DNA of 64,000 nt from Protoeuglena noctilucae (lineage: Eukaryota): contig OY253678.1 of the NCBI GenBank assembly GCA_958009085.1, forward strand, positions 62,001 through 126,000, written 5' to 3'. The position numbers and the translations under genes were made by a program. A model generated the notes under the pieces. It did not search any database, was not told where the DNA came from, and saw nothing but the letters and a program-made list of their open reading frames with translations. Shown here piece after piece: positions 21,201 through 35,795 of this stretch (the stretch's first letter is position 1; each line of letters starts with the position of its first letter).

Positions 21201-23783
21201 CACGCCCACACCCCGACCTGCCACCCACCCCACCCCCCCAACACCCCCCTTCCCCCAAAATCACCTGAGCTGCGCCGTCTCCCCCCCCATGGCCCCCCCG
21301 TCCATCTTCCACACCGTCGCGTAATCCTCGACCGCACTGCGGAACTGCCCCAGGGCATGGTGACACGCCCCACGCAGCATGTACAGCTCCGCCAGCGCCT
21401 CTCTCTTTATCACCCCGCTCTTGACGCCCTCCATTCCCCGTCTGATCGCATCCGATGCGGCTTTGACGGCCCCGCTGTGGTTGCCCAGCCCCTGCTTGGC
21501 GTGGGCGATGAGCCGCCAGGCCACGTGGTGGGTCTTGCCCTCCTTGTCGAGAATGACAGATTGCAGGAGTGCCGATTCCCCCTCCCGCACCTGGCCCTGC
21601 TCTTTCAGGGCGTAGCCCAGGTGGAACCAGGCGTCGCGATGCTGAGGGCTCAAGTCTGTGAGGGAAGGGGATGGGGGTGGGGTGTGGGGAGTACAGGTGG
21701 TGCGAGGCATAAGTGAGGTGGAACCAGACAAGGTGCATTTGCGACAGTAAAATGACAAGAGCCACAGTATCACCGACGCCCTTCCCATCACCACACACTT
21801 GTCACCTCATCACCCATGCCCTCTCCACCTCATCACCCCCACCCATCTCCCACTCACCCGTGGCGTGCCTGAGCGTGGCGATGCCGTCCTCCAAGTCCCC
21901 CATGCCGACCTGCGCCCTCCCCAGCAGGAACCACGCATCCGCCGCCCTCGACCCCAGCGCGCACGCCACCTGCAGGTGCGCCGCCGCGTTGCCGCAGTCC
22001 CCTTGAGTCAAATAGATGCGGCCCATCTCCAGGTGAGCCTCGCCACGCGCTTGGGAGTCGCCCATCGGGCTCATGGTCTCAATGCACTGCGGGGAGTGAG
22101 TTGAAAAGGGGTGGTGGTGTTAGCAACACCGCTACATCATGATCTTTTCAACATATCAATTAGCAACAGTACCACTGTGACCGTCCACCCATCCCTTCCA
22201 GCCACCAACCACATCGCAGCGCACCTGTCCGTAACATCACCCACCCACCTGTCCACATCCACTACCCCACCACATCAACCCCATCAAACAATCCTTACCA
22301 ACACCACCACATCCACCCTCTTGATTACCTTGTGCAGGTCCTCCAGTGCCTCCTCCGCCTGCCCCAGTGCCTGCCTGGCCTGCGCCCTGCGCTTGTACGT
22401 GTCGCTGTAGCGGGGCTCGATGCGTGACGCGCTCGTGAAGTCCTCAATCGCGCGGCGGAGGTCGGCGGGGGTGGTGCGCAGGGCTCTGGGAGAAGAGGGG
22501 TGGGTGTAAAGGGGGTCCGTGGGTAGGGAGTGGTGGAGGGTGCGGGGTGGGTGAATGGGTGGGGAATGGTGGAGAGGGCGGGGTGGAAAGCCCCCTCTGA
22601 CCCCACCTGGCCCCCTGATGTATTACCTTCCCTTACTCCCAGCCTCACCTGGCGGTGCCCCTCGCGACGTACGCGCTCATCAGCTGCAGCCGCTCCATCC
22701 CGTCCGTGCACCCATCCATCGCCTCAATGACTTTGGACAGGACCTGGTCTGCGGTATCCACCGATCCACGATTGATCTCCCCGACTGCATAATCGATCAA
22801 TCGACGGGACTCCTCAGCTGTCAGGTGGACCCTGGCAGCGGGCGCGGAGGCGGGGGAGGGGGACGGGGAGGTGGGTGTGGCGGAGGGCGCAGCATCCGGG
22901 GCTTTGCTGGCGGGACGTCCGGGCTGGGCGGCAGCGCGGGAGCCTGCGGGGGGAGGGGTGGACGGGCGAGGTGAGGAACAGGTGAGGTGGGGCGAGCGCG
23001 ACGCAAGGGGTGGTGAACACACGCAACACATGCAGCGTTACACTGCACAAAGGCTCGCCCCCATAGCAACAATCGCGTCTCTGTGTCTCAACACACGCGT
23101 GTCGCAACTCGCTGTGAGAGCCACAGAGGACGAGAGTGGCAGGTGCGGTCTTCGCTCACCGGTGGAGCTGGACGCCTCCGCGTGGGACTGGGCGCGGTCG
23201 GATCGGGACGCGCGGCGGGGCGGAGGCACAATAGAGGCGTCTCCTGCCGCGGCGGCGATGGCGGAGGCCGGGCGGTCGTCGGTTTCGGAAGCACTAAGGC
23301 CCTCACTCGCGTTCGCAAGCATCGCGGACGCCTGCTGCGCCACGTCCCAGTCGCTGAGGGGCGTGCTGCGCTCGAGAATCGCCTCGAGAAGGGCCCGCGC
23401 CTCCGCATCGCGGCGCAGGGCCGAGAGCGCGCGCGCCTTGACCAGCGCAGCGCGCACATTGTCCGGACGGAGCTCCGTCGCCCGGTCGCACTCTTTCAGG
23501 CATCGCTGCAGCAGCTGCCGCGTCAGCAGACACGATGCCAGGTTGCAGTGCAGCGTGGAGAGGTCGTCCGCGTCGGTCGTCGCCTGCAGAGCACCGGAAG
23601 GAAGGCGTCACGACAGCGCCCCCGGAGACGCACGACCGGATCCGCCGCAGCGCTGACAAATGAAGGGATATATGTGTTTCTAGAAAGCGCGCTCTTCACC
23701 GAGATCTCTGCCTCCAGCAGCTTGATGGCCTTGGCGATGTTCTGGGCCCGGACGGCCTGCGACCACGCGCTCCCCGCGGCCAT
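18254..23783 (-). CDS. SRFR1: SRFR1/TTC13-like tetratricopeptide repeat protein
   Basis: TPR exons plus conserved C-terminal motifs: FVAYYQEELAVY..FDRDLHPRLKHNWC, WRQIAEPNDQVVWVD..EEFERGFGSHTPM, GFEFSIRTPVTPPRW, FWYNFMPLARGTA. Confidence 0.85.
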
Positions 23784-25125
23784 CCCGCGTCGCCCGAGGT
23801 GTGCGATCGATCAAATCGATAACGACCTACCCAGGCGTGGCTAACGCGGGTGCGTCGCGGCGTGCGGAAGCCGCGAAGGGGTGGGTGCTTATGACCCGCG
23901 TCTGCGCGCTCTCCGCGCCGCTGTGGGCGCCCGGCGGGTCACCGTGGTTGACAACGTGAGAATGAGGGTGCCGGACGAGTGCCTGGATACTATGGCCTCT
24001 CGCAGGCTGCAGCAAGAACCTGCTTCTGGCAAATTCGCGCGCGGGGTTGTGAGCTCGGGGAAGCAGCCGGCCTGGGCACGTTCTGATGTCTTCACAGGTG
24101 ATGCTACAGCAAACGGTGGCACGCGGAGGCCGCCCTGTGCTACACGGGCTGAGTGTGCACCATCTATCTTCAGCCAGGCTCAATTCCACAGCTGTCAGCT
24201 ACCCTGTAAAGTCAAGCAGGAGTTTCTGAGAACAACCATCTCTGCCTTTTCGTGCCATCAAGCTATGCGGGGTCGCAGCGCTGTGGGTTAGTTCATGGGC
24301 ACGCGTCACGATCATGGCTAGTGGTTTGCAACCTTCCAACACGCCATGTATCCAACCAAGTCTCTTCCGTCGCTGTGGTAGCGTTGAGTAACGCTGGGGG
24401 GAGAGCCGGAGTACGCGGACGAGCCGGTCCGGCTGCCAGAGATTGCACCGGCCGAAGCCGATGCGGGGGTCGGTAATAGTTTTCAACCAGCAATAGTCAC
24501 GTCTCGGGTAGCCCTCATAAACTGTGACATTACCCCAAGCGCAAGGATGCGGATCGCGAGCAGGGCCGCCCGCATATAATGCCGCGGGGGCAGGGTCCAA
24601 GCCAGCGCCCTAAGAGCGGGGGCCGGGTCTTCGGCGCGTCGCGGAAGGCGCACCCGCGCGCACAGTCGACTCCTGGCCTCGAGATCCGGCGAAAAAAGCG
24701 GTGGCTACGAGCGGAGAGTCCGGGAGGCGTGCGAGGGCCAGCTCGGCGCCACGCCTTGCCGCAGGCCGCGTGCGCCCGCGCCCAGTCCCCGCGCAGCCCC
24801 GCGTGGCGCCCGCCGGCACGTTTGGGCCTAGAAGCGACCGCAACGCTCCCCGCGCTGCCGCACAAACGCGGCTACTTGTCACTCAGCACATGGGACGCAC
24901 GTTCTCCCAATGCCCGTCATCCTAGAGCGCCCGCACTAGCCACGCATTGCACCGTAGCATGCCGATGGCGCCACGGCGTTCAGGGGAGTTGAGAAATGCC
25001 CCAAGTCCCCCAGTCAGACCGCAAGCGCTCGCCAGAGACCTCCGTGTGGGCCCAAGACCGCGGGTGGGGTCAATTGCTGGGGCACTTGGGAGTCCTTCTC
25101 CCGGGGCGTTCCGAAGCCGGGCGCC

Positions 25126-28100
25126 ATGACGAGCTATTACCCCCCGCAGCAGCAGCAGGAATGGCACAACCCGCTCGAAGGCTTTGATGCGGACCCGACG
25201 CAGCCGCAGCCCTACTCGGGGCGCCAGCGGGCCATGACGGAGATATTCCAACGAATCGGGAGCTCCCGGGTGCGCTGCGCCGCCGCCCCGCATCCCCGGC
25301 CCTCGTCCCGCTGCGGCATGCGTGCGGGGCGTGCCGTCGCGCGCCGCAGCGCATTGGCCGCCCCAACTCCTGGCAACTCAGAATCCCATCTCCGCGTTTT
25401 GACGCCGACGATGTCCCTCCGCGCGATGGCTCCGTGGCTACAGCCGAGCATGCGACGCACGTGACGTGTGTCCTGACCCCTCCCCCGCCTGCGCAGCTCC
25501 TCAGCGCCGCCTCGAATGCCGCGGAGAACATCATGGCTAATGTCCGGTCCGACGACATGGGCAGGTGCGTTTGCGGGATCTCCGCGCCGCTCAGGCGCCC
25601 CGTCTGCGCAGGTGGCAACGTCTTTCTCCGCCTTTCCCGCAGCGACGGTGGCCTGGGCTCCGAGATGTCCCTGCGGCACGCGCCCATGTCTCGTATCGCG
25701 GAGGAGAGCACCCCGCTTGGGCGCCTCCCGGCCCCTCTGAGCCGCATGAACAGCCTGATGGAGGCAGCGGCGGGGTCACGGGGCCAGACGGCGGTCGCGG
25801 CGATGATGGCCGCTCGCATGGCCTCCCGCGCGCGCCTGGCTCCCTCCGGACGCATCGCGCAGTCCGTGGACGGCGACGGGCCGCGTGCCGCGATGACCGA
25901 GGCGCTGGGCGGGAGCGAGTTGGGTTACCCAGCCAGCGCGGACCCCAGGCCCGGCACTGGGTCCCCCCTGCGCGTGGGCAACCGCAGCTTCCGCTCTCGC
26001 CCCGCTCTGTCGACGGACGGCATCGAGGGGATCCGAGCGTTTTTCGAATTGGCGGAGCGTCACCGGGACAATGCGGTGGCGGAGGCGAGGGCGGAGCAGA
26101 TGCAGCGTCACGAGAGCCGGAAGCGCATGGTGGCGGCGCGGACGCGTGAGGACGCGGAGAGGACGCGGGCGTCGCTGGAGACGTACCAGCGGGTGGTGCG
26201 GGCGGTGGTGCGGGTCCAGGCGCGGTGGCGGGGGTACGTGGCGAGGAAGCGGGCGGAGCGGGCGAGGATGCAGCAGGAGATGGCGAAGCTGCTGCAGGAG
26301 AACGAGGCGGAGCTGGCGAAGGAGCTGGAGGTGATCGTGAAGCAGGTGAGCAGGTGGGGTGAGGGTACATGTGTGGAGGGTGTACGGTGAGGGGTGGAGA
26401 GGCGAGTGGTGGGGGTTACACGGTGAGGGGTGGGAAGTGATCGTGAAGCAGGTGAGGGGGTGGGGATGGGTAGTCATCGCATAGCTATTGCCATTGACCA
26501 TCTACGCACCACCCCCCGTCCCCGCAACATGCGTCACTCTTCTCTCCTCCCCAGGACAAGGAGCGCGAGAAGCAGCGCAAGGAGGAGCGGTACAAGAAGA
26601 TCTTGCAACGACAGGTGTCGGGGTCCAGCGAGTACATACGGCACCTGGCGCGCATGCACACCGCCAACGGGCAGGCGAGCGAGTGGGAGGGGGATTGTGT
26701 GTATGTGGGGCGAGGGAGGGATGCATGGTAGACATGAGAATGCATGTTTTGTGTGTGACGCCCACAACAGAAAGTGGGACGACGCTAACACTAGGCGTCA
26801 ATACGTAGTCGTGCCACGCTGTGTTGTTTTGTACTGCATTGCAACACAACATTTTTTGCATCTCGTGTTCTTCATCTCATCTACTCTCATCTCGTTATTG
26901 TCCTTCAGGTGAAGGTGGAGGCGGCTGCCCGCCTGGCCCAAGAGGTGCTTCTGGCGGAGCGGAGTCAGGCGTCGGTGGGGCCGGTGAAGAGCGTGCTGCT
27001 GGGGGAGGACCTGGGGTTGGAGGGGAGCGAGGTGAGAGAGAGAGTGTGTGTGTGTGTGAGGGATGAGGGTGGTGGGAGTGGTGCGTTCTCATCACGTCAC
27101 TCACCTCCATCACTCACGCTTCCCTGCCCATGCCACTCACCACCCTTGCTCCTCGCACATTCAAATCCCCACCCGTCCCCACCCACGCAGGAGGCCCTGG
27201 CCCAGCGCACCAGCGGGGGCAGCCCCACCGCCCTCCACGCCCAGGCCAGGGCGCTGGAGTTTTCAAACAACAACGAGGATTCGAACTTCCGACCACCGGA
27301 GGGACCGCCCTTAGCAGCGTCCGCGTCGCTGCCGGCCATCGCGGGCGGCACATCGCATGCCATCGGCACCCCCACCCCCGCCGAGCGACTGGTTGCCAAA
27401 ATGCAGAAGCGGCAACTGGCGATTTCACGCAACGCGGCGCAGTCGGGGGGATACTTTGCGATCGAGGATCCGGGGCTGGGGGCGGAGGAGGGGGTGGGTC
27501 AGATGGGTGCGGTCACATCGATGTCCACCTCGCTGTCACCTAAGAGGGGTGGGAGGGTGGCGGTGCGGACGGGGCGCGCGTGGCTGGGCGCGGAGGCTTC
27601 CGCTGCGTCTGCCGCATCCGCCCCGGCGCTGCGGGCGGGCGCGGGGTCGCCGATTGCGGGGTGGGGCGGCGGGGTGGGTGCGGGTGCGGCCATCGTGCTG
27701 CCGCCCTTGGTGGGGGTCGAGGGGTCGCACACTGGGAAGCGGAGGGAGGTGCGGGCGCATCAGGCGGGATTACCTGTCACAGTGGGGGAGGCGGAGGGGG
27801 GGGTGGAGGGCGAGGGCGCGGGTGCGGGTGTAGAGAGTGCGGGGGTGGTAGCTGAGGCGAGGAGCAGCGCGCGGGCTGTGTCGCGGGAGAGGGGCGTGCG
27901 GGTGAGCTTGGAGGGAGTGCGTGTGGCAGAGAGCGGGGGTGTGGGGGCGGGGGTGCGTGTGGCTGGGAGTGGGGGTGAGGAGGGGGCGGAGAGTGGGGCT
28001 GAGGCGGTGCGGCGTCGGATGCGGGGTTTCACGGTGCCGGGAGGTTACATGGTAGAGGGGGTGGCGACGGGGGTGGTGAAGGGGCGGGGCGGGAGTGCGG

Positions 28101-29458
28101 GGGGGGGGGCGGGGGGGGCGACGGGTGTGGTGCGGGAGAGTGGGGACGATGGGTTGGGTGCTTGGGGGGACGAGAGCGGCGTGGAAAGCGGTGCGGCGAT
28201 GGGGTGGGGTTCCCAGGGTGTGGGTGGTGGCAATACGGGTGGCAGTGCGGGTGCGAGTGCAAGTGGCGGTGGGGGTGGCAATGCCGATGGCAATGCTCCC
28301 GCTGCGTTGCCGTCGCTGCGCTCTCGCCGCGGCCTCGCCAAAACGGTGTCGGTGTCTCGGGAAGTGTCTCTGGAGTCCGTGCCAGTGGCTGAGGTTTCGA
28401 GCAATGCCCTACCCGCCGTGTTCAAAAGGCGCAACAGCGTCCGGCAGCTGGGGCCGGCGGGGGCGGGGCTGTTCGCTGGGGGAGGTGGGGGTGCGATGGG
28501 CGCAGCGGCGGGGGTGGCGGGGGGTGTGGCGGTGCGGGGGGAGGGAGGAACGGCGGTGGGGGTGGCGGGGGTGCGTGGCGATGGGGGCGGGGCGGTGGCT
28601 GTGCCAGTGGGCTTTGCGCAGTTTGGGCTGGGAGAGGATGTGGTGCAGGCGCACGTGAGAGCGGGGGATAAGGGATCGCGGGCGCAGGGGGCGGCGATGG
28701 GCGGGGGCGTGGGGGTGGGCGTGGGAGGTCGGCCGTTGTCGCCCTCTGCAGTGCTGGGGAGGACATCGCCGGGGGGAGAGGCGGCGACGGAGGGGACGGG
28801 GCAGGGAGCGTGAGTGGGGGGGGATAGGGATGGATGGGAGATGTGGTTTTGGTTGTGGCTGCGATGTGGGTCGTTTGTGCATGGGATGGCGAATGACAAT
28901 GGGGGAGGTGTCATATGGTCAGTTGGACTGACCATTTACTTATCTCATGTATAGTTATCTTATGTTTTCATCATATGTGTAGATTTACTCATGAAATCCT
29001 AGTCCCATCTCCTGCTCGCAGTGTGTTGGTCCGTGCCATGTCGCCTGCGAGGTCACCGGAGGCATTGGCAGAGAAGACCATCGCCAAGGCTACAGCACAG
29101 GGGGGGGAGGAGACGGGGAGGGGGAATGGGGGAGGGGGGAGAGGGACTGGGGTGCGCAAGTGAGTGATGGGGTGGGGTGGGTGCAAGGGGGGCTGTGGTT
29201 GGGGTGAAGAGCAAACAAGCAGCTACCTTGCTGCCACCCCCACTGCCACCCCCACTGCCACCCTCACTTGCACCCCCCCTCACTGCCACCCCAACCCCCC
29301 AACCCCCCAGGGACAGGGACCCCTCGTCTGCCCCCCACCACATCCGCAAGCCCCCCCGCGGCACCCTGCTGCCACTCACAGCCGGCCCCGTGCACGGCAA
29401 AGACCTTTCAGTCGACACCCTCACGGCCCAGGCAGCGCTGAGGCTGCAGAAGACGTGA
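25126..29458 (+). CDS. IQ-motif, coiled-coil and low-complexity protein of unknown function
   Basis: IQ-like AVVRVQARWRGYVARK at ~26.2 kb within helical exons; long Gly/Ala-rich exon; ends approximate. Confidence 0.6.
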
Positions 29459-29697
29459 TGTGATGGGGGTCCCGTGATAGATGGGATGGTGAATATAAGA
29501 TGGGACGGTTATTATATGGAGGGAATATATGGGATATATGTTAGATAGCCGAAGCATATGTGAGGGGAGCCAAGGCGTGTTTAGGGGTTAAGCCGCAAGC
29601 ACGCTTGCAAGTTGCCTCCTATGTTTCTTGAACTCTTCTGCCAGTACGGTACATATCTTCAAACCTTACACACAACACTGCACAACTCATTCCCGCT

Positions 29698-32600
29698 CTA
29701 CCACCCCACCCCATAAATCGCCACCACCACCCCCACCGCCGCCGCCGCCACCACGCCCGCCCCCGCCCGCACCGCTGGTGCATTTGACTCCACCAAAAAG
29801 GGATAGAGGTAGTCCGGAGGCACAGCCGGCAGCAGGGGAGGCGTGGACTTGGCCAGCTGAGCGGCCCTGCCTTGATCTAAGGGGAGATAGGTGACGGTGG
29901 ATTGGAGATAGAAAGTGGATGGGGTGGATGCGGGGAGGTGGCCGTCGGGCCATCGCCACGTGCCGAGTTTCCAGGAAACGCGGGCGGCCTCGATTTTCAT
30001 CTGGGGGGTGGACGCCACGCCGACCTGGGTCGGGGAAGGGGAGGGGGGTGGGAGTGGTGTTAAGGGTGGCAGTGGGGGTGGGAGTGGGGGGTAGCACCGA
30101 AAGCAACACACCACAATTCCATGCCCACCATCCCCACCCCTCCACTCTCATCTCTCACCTTGGCCGTGAGTATCTGCAGCTCGAACCCCACCACCGCGTT
30201 GACGCACGATTGTGAATCAACGTCCCAGGTCTGCGTGGCTGGGATGGCGTCCACAGTGACGGGCACCCAGTCAGTGATGTTCAGTGGGTCCGCGTCGCCC
30301 CATATGCCCAGGTAGATGGTCTGGCCGGAGAGGGGCAGGTTGGCACTGGGGGTGGGTGAGGGAGGGGGGGGTGTGTTGGAGGTGGTTTGAGGGGTGGAGA
30401 GGGGTTGAGCGGGAGAGAGGGTTAGGTCGGGTGGCTGTGAGGGCGGATGTGGGGGGCGAGCGGGGTGGCTAGGCTGCAGCAGGGGTCGTGGCAGGTTCGC
30501 AACAACCACCGGACCCAACCTCTCACTACCACCCCACCTCAACCACCCCACCACAACAAAACACCCCTACCATATCACCAAACAACCCCCCAACCCCCCC
30601 CACCAACCCCTCTCCTCCCTAACCCTCTCACTTGGTGGGCCCGAACATCCCGTGCGCAAACGACGGCGCGGTCCGCGCCACCCCCCCCGCCCCCGCACGT
30701 CGCCTGCAGCTCATCGACCGTCGCAGCGAACCCGCAACTCATAGAAGCGTCCATCCCAAACGCCACTGCAAGCGACGCGTTAATAGAGCACCGCCCGTCG
30801 GGACCAGCACCCGGGAAGGGCAAGCCCCGGGGGAAATTCGAAATTGCGCGGTGGTCCCCGGACTGCACGAGCGTCCCCGCCTGCACCGGGTACCCGGTCA
30901 GATACCCGGGGCGGCCCGAGGTGCCACGCGCACCCCCTTCCGACGCCTGCCGCCACTGCACGGTGAATCGCTGCCTCACCGCCCCCGCCCCGGTCGCATC
31001 CGCGGCTACATTCGTCAGCTGCACCGCTGCCGTGACGCTCTGCACCGCCCGGTTGGCCAGGTCGTAGGTGATCGTGATGTCGGCGGACGTCAGCACGTTA
31101 TCGCACGTGCTGCTGGATGCGTCCCACGTTGGCAGAGCGGGACTCGCGAGGGGCACCTCGGCGCCCGTCTGAGGGTCGATGTGATAGTACATTACGTTTG
31201 TGAGGGGCACGAGGGCGGAACGTGCTGTGGTGGTCGCCAGGCGGAGGTCGCTGACGCGGGTGTGGGCGAGGCCAGGGAAGGCAACCGCGTAATTCTGGCA
31301 GTTTGCTGACAGGGAGGGAAGCACGACATCGCAGGCGGCGTCGTCCGGGCGCTGCTCGACGCCGGCGGCGGTCGGGGGAGGAAAGGCGAGGGCGAACCCG
31401 ACCGGGGTGTCGGTGCAGGCGCCGCCGTAGAGGGGGGAGGGGACGGTGAGGATGCCGGCGGGGGCTGGGGGTGGAGAGAGGGGGGGGAGGGGGTGAGTGA
31501 GTGAGTGAGTGAGTGAGTGAGTGAGCGGAGTGTGTGAGTGGGTAAGTGTGTGAGTGGGTTGCTCGAGTGGGGGAGTGGGTGTGTTAAGGGAGTGGAATGT
31601 AACACTTACTTCCCTCACTCACTCACTTCTCACCAGCAGATGACACATACATGAATCCCATGCGCATTCCTGATACTCGCATCCACCCCCACACCGCCCT
31701 CACCTGCAGCTGACGTGTACATGGCCGGCACGGGGCTGCCCACCGCATAGGCAGAGGGGGCGTTCTGGGTGTAGGGGACAGGGCTGCCGAGGAGACCCGG
31801 GGTGGAGGCGTGGATGGCCTTGTCCAGCGCTGAGGCGGGGTCCTGGGGGTGGCAGTGGGAATGGGGGTGAGGGTGGTGTTGAGGGTGGCAGTGGGGGTGG
31901 CAGTGACAGTGAGAGGGTGGCAGTGGGGGTGGGAGTGAGGGTGGCAGTGAGAGGGTGGCAGTGGGGGTGGTAGTGCAGTCGCTGTGCCGCACTCGCCAAC
32001 ATCAACACCAACACTATCACTGTCAATATCAATGCAACTACCAGCAACCGCGTAAGTAAGCCTCACCTGTGGCAGTGCCGGGTCGAGGAAGTACGCCCCG
32101 AGCGCGGGGTTGTTGTCCCCAACGATGCACAGCAGTTGAGAGAACAGGTCGGTGCGGGCGTCCGCGCGGCTGACGGTGGCCAGGCCGCTGCTGGCGGGGA
32201 GGTTCACGGTGGCGACAGCTGATTTGGGCAGGCAGTAGGTGAGGGAGGGGCCGGGGGGACCCTCGGGAAGGGCGGCGGTGAAGGCGGACTTGTCGGAACC
32301 TGGGGGAAGGTTGAGTGAGAGAGGTGGGGAGTGGTGAGGGGTGAGTGGGGGTGGGGGTTGTGAGGTGGCGAGGGGGGTGGTGAGCGAGTGGGCGATGTAA
32401 AGCTGGATGGTATGTGCCAATGCAACCGAAGCAACGGCAGGGCAACGTAAAGAGCGCGGCAGTGTCACTGTGCTCTGCTACCACTGTGGCGCTGGGCTGG
32501 CCTGCGACGCTCTACTCTCCCCGCCCAAACCACCTCACCGGTGCAGTCCGGGTCGCAGTAGCAGTTGGCGTCGCACGCGCCGACGCGCAGATCGCACTCG

Positions 32601-32902
32601 CAGCTGCCGGCAGTCGTCACGCTGACCGTCCGGGGCGAGGGGCTCGCGGGGGCGTTGGCAACGTCGACCGACTGCTGTGCGTAAGCATCGGGCTCCCAGA
32701 CCGCCTGCGCCGCGCCGGGTCGGACCGCGGTGCCCACGAGAGCGAGCAGTAGCAAAAAGCCGACGCGACCGGCGCGGCGCGCGGACCAGGACCAGCGCCG
32801 CGGGGCGGAGGGGCGGGGCGAACGCGCCACGCGCATGCTGGGCGTGGCGAGCGCGTGGGAAAGCGCCCGGTCGCCTCCCGCGGGGGCAGTGGCTCCCTCC
32901 AT
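29698..32902 (-). CDS. Tectonic family ciliary transition-zone protein (DUF1619)
   Basis: Hydrophobic signal FLLLLALVGTA; CECDLRVGACDANCYCDPDC; SGRPGYLTGYPV; hydrophobic C-terminus. Confidence 0.88.
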
Positions 32903-33449
32903 TCCAGCGCTAGATCGCCGCGGCCCGGTCGCCGCGCGCGGGGATGCGCGGGGTACGCTGCAAAGAGCGTGGCGGGGTCCTAATTTGAATCGCGCGTCAC
33001 GGTCGGGGCTAGCTGCTCGCGGGAAGCTTGGACATGCGATGACAGAGCGGGCTCTGCCACGCGGGGATAGGCCGGGCCGCAGATGGCCGCGGCGGGGCGA
33101 CACACGGCGATCCCGACGCCGGGCTCCTGCACAGCCATCGGGCGTCGTGGTCCTGGTAACGCTGCGGACCCGTGGTCGACGATTCATCTCCTAAAGCGTA
33201 CGCACTCTGATTACAACGCATATCCCAGGTCTTTCTAGCCAATCACCCCTTGCGTCCTTTCCCCAGACCCGCGACGAGGCCCGTTTGGCCGGCGGCGCTT
33301 CATCAGCCGCGCAAGGAGGTCGCGGAGGGGATTTGGGGACACCCGCGCGCGGCGATAGGCTCTCGGGGACGAAGGGGAAGGGGCGGCAAACGCGTGCCCC
33401 TGAGGAGTCGCGCGGGCCCACGTGAGGGGGTGGGGGGAGCGGTCCGAGG

Positions 33450-35446
33450 ATGTCGTTCCTCAGTTCGTTCGGGCAGCCCGCGACGACCGCGGCGATAACG
33501 CCGGTGGACGAGCCGGCCGACCCCAAGGCGGATCAAGTGCCCTCCGACACGATCTCCAGGCGAGGCGCGGCTGGCGTCGCGCGTCACCGAAGCTACGGAG
33601 CATCCACAGCGGGTCGCGCCGGGGCGTGTGGCCATCGGCGCGGCTGCTCGCGCGGGCGGCACGGCCGACGACGCGTCGTGCTCTCGTCGCGCACGCAGCC
33701 TCGCCTGGGCCCCAAATGCGAACTTCCTTGTCGCGACGTCGTGGGACAAGAGCATACGCTGCTGGGAGATCGGCGCGATGGGCGTGCAGCCGCGCGCGAT
33801 GAAGGAGCAGCCCAAGCCGCTGCTGTGCAGGCGAGCGGGCCCGCGCGCGGCTGCCCCTCCGCCCCGCTGCCCACCGCGCCGCTGCGAACTCCTTTCTATC
33901 CTCTCTTTGCAGTGCATGGAACGCTGCGGGCACCCAGATCTTCTTCGGGGGCTGCGAGGGCAAGGCGCTGCAGTGGGACTTGGCGACGGACCAAGTGATA
34001 CAAGTGGCGCAGCACCAGGCGCCCATCAAGGACATGGTGTTCGTTCCTCTCCACAACTGCCTCGTCACGGGCTCCTGGGACCGCTCGCTGCTCTTCTGGG
34101 ACCTGAGGTCCCCGAACCCGATTCACCGATTTGACTTGGGAGAGCGATGCTACGCCATGGCCTACCGGGACGCGTCGCAGCAGGCGAGCCGCAGATTGTG
34201 CTTGCTGTTTGCGTGCTATCGGTAGTTATGGCGAGGTACTCGTGTCACTCGCGATTGTCCTTGTGACTGTGACTGCGATGGTCCAAGTGGTTGTCACCCG
34301 AACTCTCCGCCCTCTGTCCTGCCGCAGGGTGGTGGCAACATGCTGGTGGCGGCCACGGCGGACCGCCCGCAGAGCACGCCCAGCATCGGCGGCACGTCCT
34401 CTGGCAACGTGCACCCCGTGTGGGTGTTCGACATGCGCAACCCCACGTCCCCGCCCACGTCCCTGCAGTCCCCGCTCAGGTGTGACTGACGATACGTGCT
34501 GTGCTGTGCTGCTGCGCATTGCCGGCCATGGTTTGCGCATTCAACCCACCCACCTGCTGCTACCCTTTGCTCACCTTACTGCCCTACCGCTATTTGTGCA
34601 AGCACACACGCTCACCCCACCCCGCCCACAGTTACTCCACGCGGTGCCTGGAGGTCTTCCACGACGCAAAGGGGTTCTTCCTGGGATCGATCGAGGGACG
34701 CGTCAACGTGCAGTACCATCCGGAGGCGTACGCCAACAACGCCAAGAAGTCCTTCACGTTCAAGTGCCACCGCGTCGACAGGGACCAGCCACCGCCCACC
34801 ACGTGAGGAGATTTGTTGTGAAAGAGGGATTCACGTGTGCAGCGTGTTAAGAGGCGATTGGTTGTCCGCCTCTTGACAGCCATCGATTGCTTGCGCGCGT
34901 CGCTTGTGGCACGGTTGGTAATCATCATCGCCATTCACCACCCACCCTCCCGCAGTTCCTTCACGTCCGATCGGAGCAGCAAGCCCGAGAAGCCCCAGGA
35001 CGCGTACCCCGTCAACGCCGTCACGGTGCATCCCGAGATCGGCACCTTCGCCACGGCGGGGTCCGACGGGCGCGTGTGCTTCTGGGACAAGGACAACCGA
35101 TCAAATCTCAACAAGATCGGGAACCCGAGGGGCGGGAAGACACTCACGCCCGTGACGGCATGCAAGGCAAGCGGCGGCGGGGGATTGTTTGCGAGCGATG
35201 TGCGCACACCTGCAATGGGTAACCCAGCGGCGCTCGGGAGCGGGCCGCGTGTTGCGCGATGTGCGGAACTGTATTTTGCGATGTTATGTCTCGCAGTTCA
35301 ACGCCAACGGGTCGCTGATCGCGTACGCGCGGGGGTACGACTGGCACATGGGCCCGCCGGCGCCCAACGCGGCTTACCCCGTCGAGCTCATGATCCGCGC
35401 GGTGGCGGAGAAGGACATTAAGCCCAAGACGCAGATCGGGCGGTGA
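33450..35446 (+). CDS. RAE1: mRNA export factor RAE1/Gle2 (WD40), 7 exons
   Basis: SDTISSLAW..FLVATSWD, LVTGSWD, GSIEGRV, FTFKCHR, YPVNA..HP..GTFATAGSDG, YARGYDW. Confidence 0.92.
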
Positions 35447-35795
35447 CGATTCCCGCGCGTAAGCCGGATATATGCTGCAGGAGACCCCGCGTTTGTCCGG
35501 GCAGCAGCAGCACCCGTTTGCGGCCCTGCGGCTGCGTCGTTGAACCTCTCTTGAAACCAATCGCTTGCTTGGTTCGCCACACCAGTAGGCTAGCTTTGCT
35601 TTTACGCGCGCCTGTCGATCCCAAGCGCTTGACGCACCTCGTGCTGTCGCGCCAGCGCCAGTCAGGCTCCTTGCTCTCTCTCGCGTCCACGACTCGGCCC
35701 CGCACTGCACTTTCAGCCTGACAAAGGTGTCGCTGAGAGCATTCGCATTGGTCAACGCGGACTGCAGAGCCCCGGGTGTGCAGGGGCATTCGGGG

